From contig CAXXTH010000022.1 of NCBI GenBank assembly GCA_963668025.2, positions 64,001-128,000 of the forward strand: a stretch of 64,000 bases of DNA. The letters run 5' to 3'. A model generated the notes under the pieces. It made no database searches. It had not been told where the DNA came from and saw only the letters and a list, made by a program, of their open reading frames with translations. Numbering within the stretch: the first letter of the stretch is position 1; each line of letters begins with the position of its first letter. The position numbers and the translations under genes are program-made. The DNA is from Candidatus Hydrogenedentota bacterium. Its GTDB lineage: Bacteria; Hydrogenedentota; Hydrogenedentia; Hydrogenedentales; SLHB01. Of the stretch, positions 60,746-64,000 are shown one piece after another.

Positions 60746-61894
60746 ATGACCGACGTCGAACGCAAAAAACAGCGCGTACTGGCCGCCATCGAAAACCGTG
60801 AGGCGGACCAGGTTCCTATTACGGACTTTTTTTGGACGAATTTCATTCGCCGCGCCAAGGCCGAATATGGAGACGATTTCAATCCCTATATCCATTGGGA
60901 TCTGGATTTCGCCGTGGCGCTGCCCAACATGGACCCCAAGATCTCAGGCATCGAGATCATCGAAAATACACCCGAGCGCACGCTGGTCAAAACTGGTTTC
61001 GGCGCTATCATCGAACGCCATCAAAACCATCCCATGCCTCACTTCAATGACTTCGAGATTAAGACATTCGAACAATTCGAGGCCCTCGAATTCGACGGCC
61101 CGAAAGACAAGCGGCGTTTCTACGACGCCATTGACGACCAGCTCAATTCCGTGGGCGACGCCCTTAACTTTGGCCTGCCGCCATTCGTGGATCGCGTGAA
61201 CGAATTGGCGAAGCATCTATGCGTTTTCGGTAGCGTATGCGAGCCGCACGAAATGGTGTGGCGCATCATGGGCACCGAAAACATCCTCTACAAGATGGGC
61301 GAAGATCCTGATAGGTTCGCCACATGCATCGAACGCCTGGGCGATTTCCTCGTCGGCATTGTGGAAGGACAGCTCGCCGCGGTAGGCGGCAAACTTTCAG
61401 GGATGATCATCTACGGCGACATCGCCTACGATCATGGCATGTTCTTCTCTCCGGATTATTGGCGCAGCGTATACATGCCCCAACTCAAACGCATCTGCGA
61501 CACCATCCACGCCGCTGGACTCAAAACACTCTATCATGGCTGCGGCAACGCCAGCATGGTCTACGAAGACATGATCAAGGCCGGGGTGGACGCCTACAAT
61601 CCCCTCGAGGCCAAAGCGGGATTAAATGTGGTGGAGCTCAAACGGCAATTCAACGGACGCTGGGCCTTCGTGGGCAACCTTGACGTGCAAGTGCTCTCCA
61701 CCAACAACAAAGATATCGTTCGGAAGGAAGTCTTGACCAAGCTCAACGCCGCCAAAGGCGGAGGGTACATTCCATGCTCGGATCACTCCGTTCCCGATAG
61801 CATTGATCCGGCTACCTATGGATACATAGTCGAGCTGGTGCGCGAATATGGGAAATATCCGCTCAACCTGGGTGAGTTTGATATCGACATATAG
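60746..61894 (+). CDS. Uroporphyrinogen decarboxylase (URO-D)/methyltransferase-family protein
   Basis: RVLAAIENREADQVP, MGTEN, GDIA...FFSP, YHGCG, NPLE, GNLD, GGYIPCSDHSV; lacks the WxMRQAGR signature of true HemE. Confidence 0.85.
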   Translation: MTDVERKKQRVLAAIENREADQVPITDFFWTNFIRRAKAEYGDDFNPYIHWDLDFAVALPNMDPKISGIEIIENTPERTLVKTGFGAIIERHQNHPMPHFNDFEIKTFEQFEALEFDGPKDKRRFYDAIDDQLNSVGDALNFGLPPFVDRVNELAKHLCVFGSVCEPHEMVWRIMGTENILYKMGEDPDRFATCIERLGDFLVGIVEGQLAAVGGKLSGMIIYGDIAYDHGMFFSPDYWRSVYMPQLKRICDTIHAAGLKTLYHGCGNASMVYEDMIKAGVDAYNPLEAKAGLNVVELKRQFNGRWAFVGNLDVQVLSTNNKDIVRKEVLTKLNAAKGGGYIPCSDHSVPDSIDPATYGYIVELVREYGKYPLNLGEFDIDI

Positions 61895-61937
61895 AGTGGT
61901 TCAGGGCGCGCCATACGAGCTGAAAACATTTCACATT

Positions 61938-61990
61938 CCGTAGCATGGGCGTCCCCGCCCATGCGCATGGCCGGGACGGCCATGCCACGG
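61938..61990. repeat. Inverted REP-like doublet (REPIN/BIME-like)
   Basis: GTAGCATGGGCGTCCCCGCCCATG followed by an inverted unit GTGGCATGGCCGTCCCGGCCATG; lies between convergent genes. Confidence 0.8.
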
Positions 61991-62090
61991 GAGTCGGCAA
62001 GCGATCGTAGAGCTACCTCCAATCTGGAGTCACTCGCATCTCCATCTACTGAGATATCCCTGCACGAGAAAAAATGGAATTGATGGAACA

Positions 62091-62140
62091 GCCGCATGGA
62101 GTTTTGTTACGCTTCATGCAATATACAAGCTCCATGCGGC
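62091..62140 (-). terminator. Hairpin downstream of the beta-propeller gene
   Basis: GCCGCATGGAG / CTCCATGCGGC 11-bp inverted repeat. Confidence 0.5.
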
Positions 62141-62151
62141 CGTTTTTACAC

Positions 62152-63705
62152 TCATTCTGCTTCCGTGAATTGAAAGGCGTACAACTTGGCGGAGGTGAGT
62201 TTGAAATACAGCCGGATAGGCTTGCCTGCCAGTGAAGACACATCGGCATTTCCCTTCCAATACACCTGCTGGTTGATGTAATTGCCTCCAGTTTCTTCGG
62301 CCTCGGCTAGGGTAAAGCCTGGGATGGGCGCACCGTCGGCGTTGCGGATTTCGACGAAAGCCGTCCCCATCGCGCCGGTGTCGATATTGAGGCGCAACCG
62401 GCTGCCGCTGAAGACAAGTGGCGGGGTGAGCAGCCAGCCGCCGTTCTCATTAACATCGGCCGACATGAAGCCATCTAGCCGCTGGCGGACCACGCCGAAG
62501 CCGCTCTTCGGTTCTACCAGCGCATCATGCTCAGGACGCAAGACGCCGCCGTCATGCGTATGCCCGCCGGACATGTAATACTGGTAAAGATAATTGCCCT
62601 TGCGGACCATCCCCCTCCCCATATCCACTAGCCAGCGATCCCATTCATCGGCCATGCCCATAGGGAAATATGGAGCGCGGCTGGGCCGAGTCCAGGTGAT
62701 CCCATCACGGCTGACGGCAAGCTGGGTATCGAGCAGCCCGTAATCGTTGCCCGGCTGAAAGCGGAACCAGGGCTGTTGGCTGGTCGTGAAATGGCGGAAT
62801 GGCGTGATGAACATCAGATAGACGTCCTGCGCCCAGGGATAGAGGATCGCATTGTTATAATAGATATCCGAAAAGGGATCGATGGCGTCATCCGCCTTGA
62901 GTACGACGTTGAGGTGCTCCGTCGTGGCAAAACCGTGGTAGTCGGGAGCGGAGGTGTTATACGGCCACGGCTGCATCGGGTCATCGGTCACGATACGGGC
63001 GATCTGGCGCTGATTGCCGCCACTGGTGGCTAAGGCCCGGGTAAAGATGACATACTTGCCCAGGCGCCCGTCCCAGAGCACGTTCGCGGGATTATCCAAT
63101 AACAGTGGAAGCACCCGGCGGACCTGCGTGAAATGGAATCCGTCGTCTGAGTCATAGGCATACACGCCATCGGTTGAGGTATCAAATGGATTGTGGAGAA
63201 TGCTCATAAACAATCTGTACGGCCTGCCCGTTTGATCGCGCTCGTCGCGAAAAACCATGGCGTGATCCGGAGAGACATTATTCTGATCGCCCATGATGAT
63301 GTTGTTATTGGTGTCGCCGTTTATACTGGCCAGCCCCAGCGGGGGGCGCGTCCAGGTGATGGCGTCGGTGCTTTCGGCGTAAGCAAGCGAATGGCCTGCG
63401 GGGGTAATCGCGCTGTAATACATTTTGAATTTGTCCCCGTCCTCGAAAACATTACCCAAAAACAACGGGTGTTGCTCGAATGGAGCCGTCTCTGACATAA
63501 AAACGACGCCTAACTTATCCGCGCGGTTGGCCGTCAGCGTTACGTTCTGGCTCGATTCGATGAAACGCGAATCGATGAAAAGCTGTTTGCTGCCGCCAAC
63601 GTCAATCGGATCAGCCGCAGAGGCCCCCGGGGAGGTTATTTGAATAAACAACATAAAACCGAGGATAGCGCCCCCCAAAAGACCTAAATGACGAAACCGC
63701 GGCAT
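62152..63705 (-). CDS. Secreted beta-propeller glycoside-hydrolase-like protein (GH32/GH43/GH130-like fold)
   Basis: Signal peptide; QLFID, FKMYY, repeated SxDGxxW boxes, RLDGF, C-terminal LAGKPIRLYF...LYAFQF; GGAGG RBS. Confidence 0.7.
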   Translation of the reverse strand: MPRFRHLGLLGGAILGFMLFIQITSPGASAADPIDVGGSKQLFIDSRFIESSQNVTLTANRADKLGVVFMSETAPFEQHPLFLGNVFEDGDKFKMYYSAITPAGHSLAYAESTDAITWTRPPLGLASINGDTNNNIIMGDQNNVSPDHAMVFRDERDQTGRPYRLFMSILHNPFDTSTDGVYAYDSDDGFHFTQVRRVLPLLLDNPANVLWDGRLGKYVIFTRALATSGGNQRQIARIVTDDPMQPWPYNTSAPDYHGFATTEHLNVVLKADDAIDPFSDIYYNNAILYPWAQDVYLMFITPFRHFTTSQQPWFRFQPGNDYGLLDTQLAVSRDGITWTRPSRAPYFPMGMADEWDRWLVDMGRGMVRKGNYLYQYYMSGGHTHDGGVLRPEHDALVEPKSGFGVVRQRLDGFMSADVNENGGWLLTPPLVFSGSRLRLNIDTGAMGTAFVEIRNADGAPIPGFTLAEAEETGGNYINQQVYWKGNADVSSLAGKPIRLYFKLTSAKLYAFQFTEAE

Positions 63706-64000
63706 TCTCCATCCCTCCAGATTGTTTCTTATAAACCAGCTCTTCTATATCGCCCACCAGCTCCTTCAATCCCCTTGATACTTGAATGGTTCCCGCTGAT
63801 GGTTACAATTTCGACAAACTCAGGAGTGCGTTCTTCGGCTGAAGGAATGAATAGACAGCCCATCTCTCATGGATACAAGGCAACAGTATCGATAGAGCAA
63901 TCTGGAAATGTTTTCCGCTTATAGAATAGTTTTACCGCTCCAACGGGTCTAAATCGGTGAAACATACAAACGATTCCAAATTTAAATCAAGCGCATAGTT

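Noticed and set aside
60746-61894. Calling this gene hemE, or 14618-15565 fmt
   Set aside because: Both lack the signature motifs of the canonical enzymes; left as family-level calls.
61921-61933. LacI-like palindrome TGAAAACATTTCA
   Set aside because: Lies between convergent 3' ends with no promoter to control, and lacks the central CG.
1-64000. CRISPR array, rRNA, tRNA, transposase, integrase, prophage or defence genes
   Set aside because: No spaced repeat series or recognisable motifs; tandem repeats at 10236 and 29841 have no spacers.
1-64000. Many short antisense or alternate-frame ORFs in the track (e.g. 6153-7034, 19628-20290, 46286-47056)
   Set aside because: They overlap well-supported genes and have no recognisable motifs; expected shadows in GC-rich coding DNA.

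Overview
Bacterial chromosomal segment dominated by carbohydrate-utilisation genes around a short housekeeping block (typA, thrS, rlmB, a HAL2/CysQ-type nucleotidase, a sirtuin). Gene style (DUF1559-type prepilin proteins, many signal-peptide GH-like proteins, URO-D-family protein) suggests a PVC-like anaerobe, possibly Candidatus Hydrogenedentota; that is an inference. Main points: (1) a tandem array of four paralogous secreted uncharacterised GH-like proteins with traces of gene conversion, followed by a GH2 beta-mannosidase-like gene; (2) six proteins sharing a GH67/GH20-like N-terminal domain and a four-cysteine motif; (3) two loci with a DUF1559/H-X9-DG pilin-like gene inside a glycan-utilisation cluster, one being LacI > pilin > C-terminally anchored beta-helix protein > sugar ABC transporter > oxidoreductase, with no TonB-dependent receptor in the window; (4) sigma70 promoters paired with LacI-type operators; (5) REP-like palindrome families; (6) a frameshifted Zn-dehydrogenase and an unannotated 34-aa NSS-transporter small subunit. 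No rRNA, tRNA, CRISPR, transposase or integrase was recognised. All calls come from reading motifs by eye; no database search was run.
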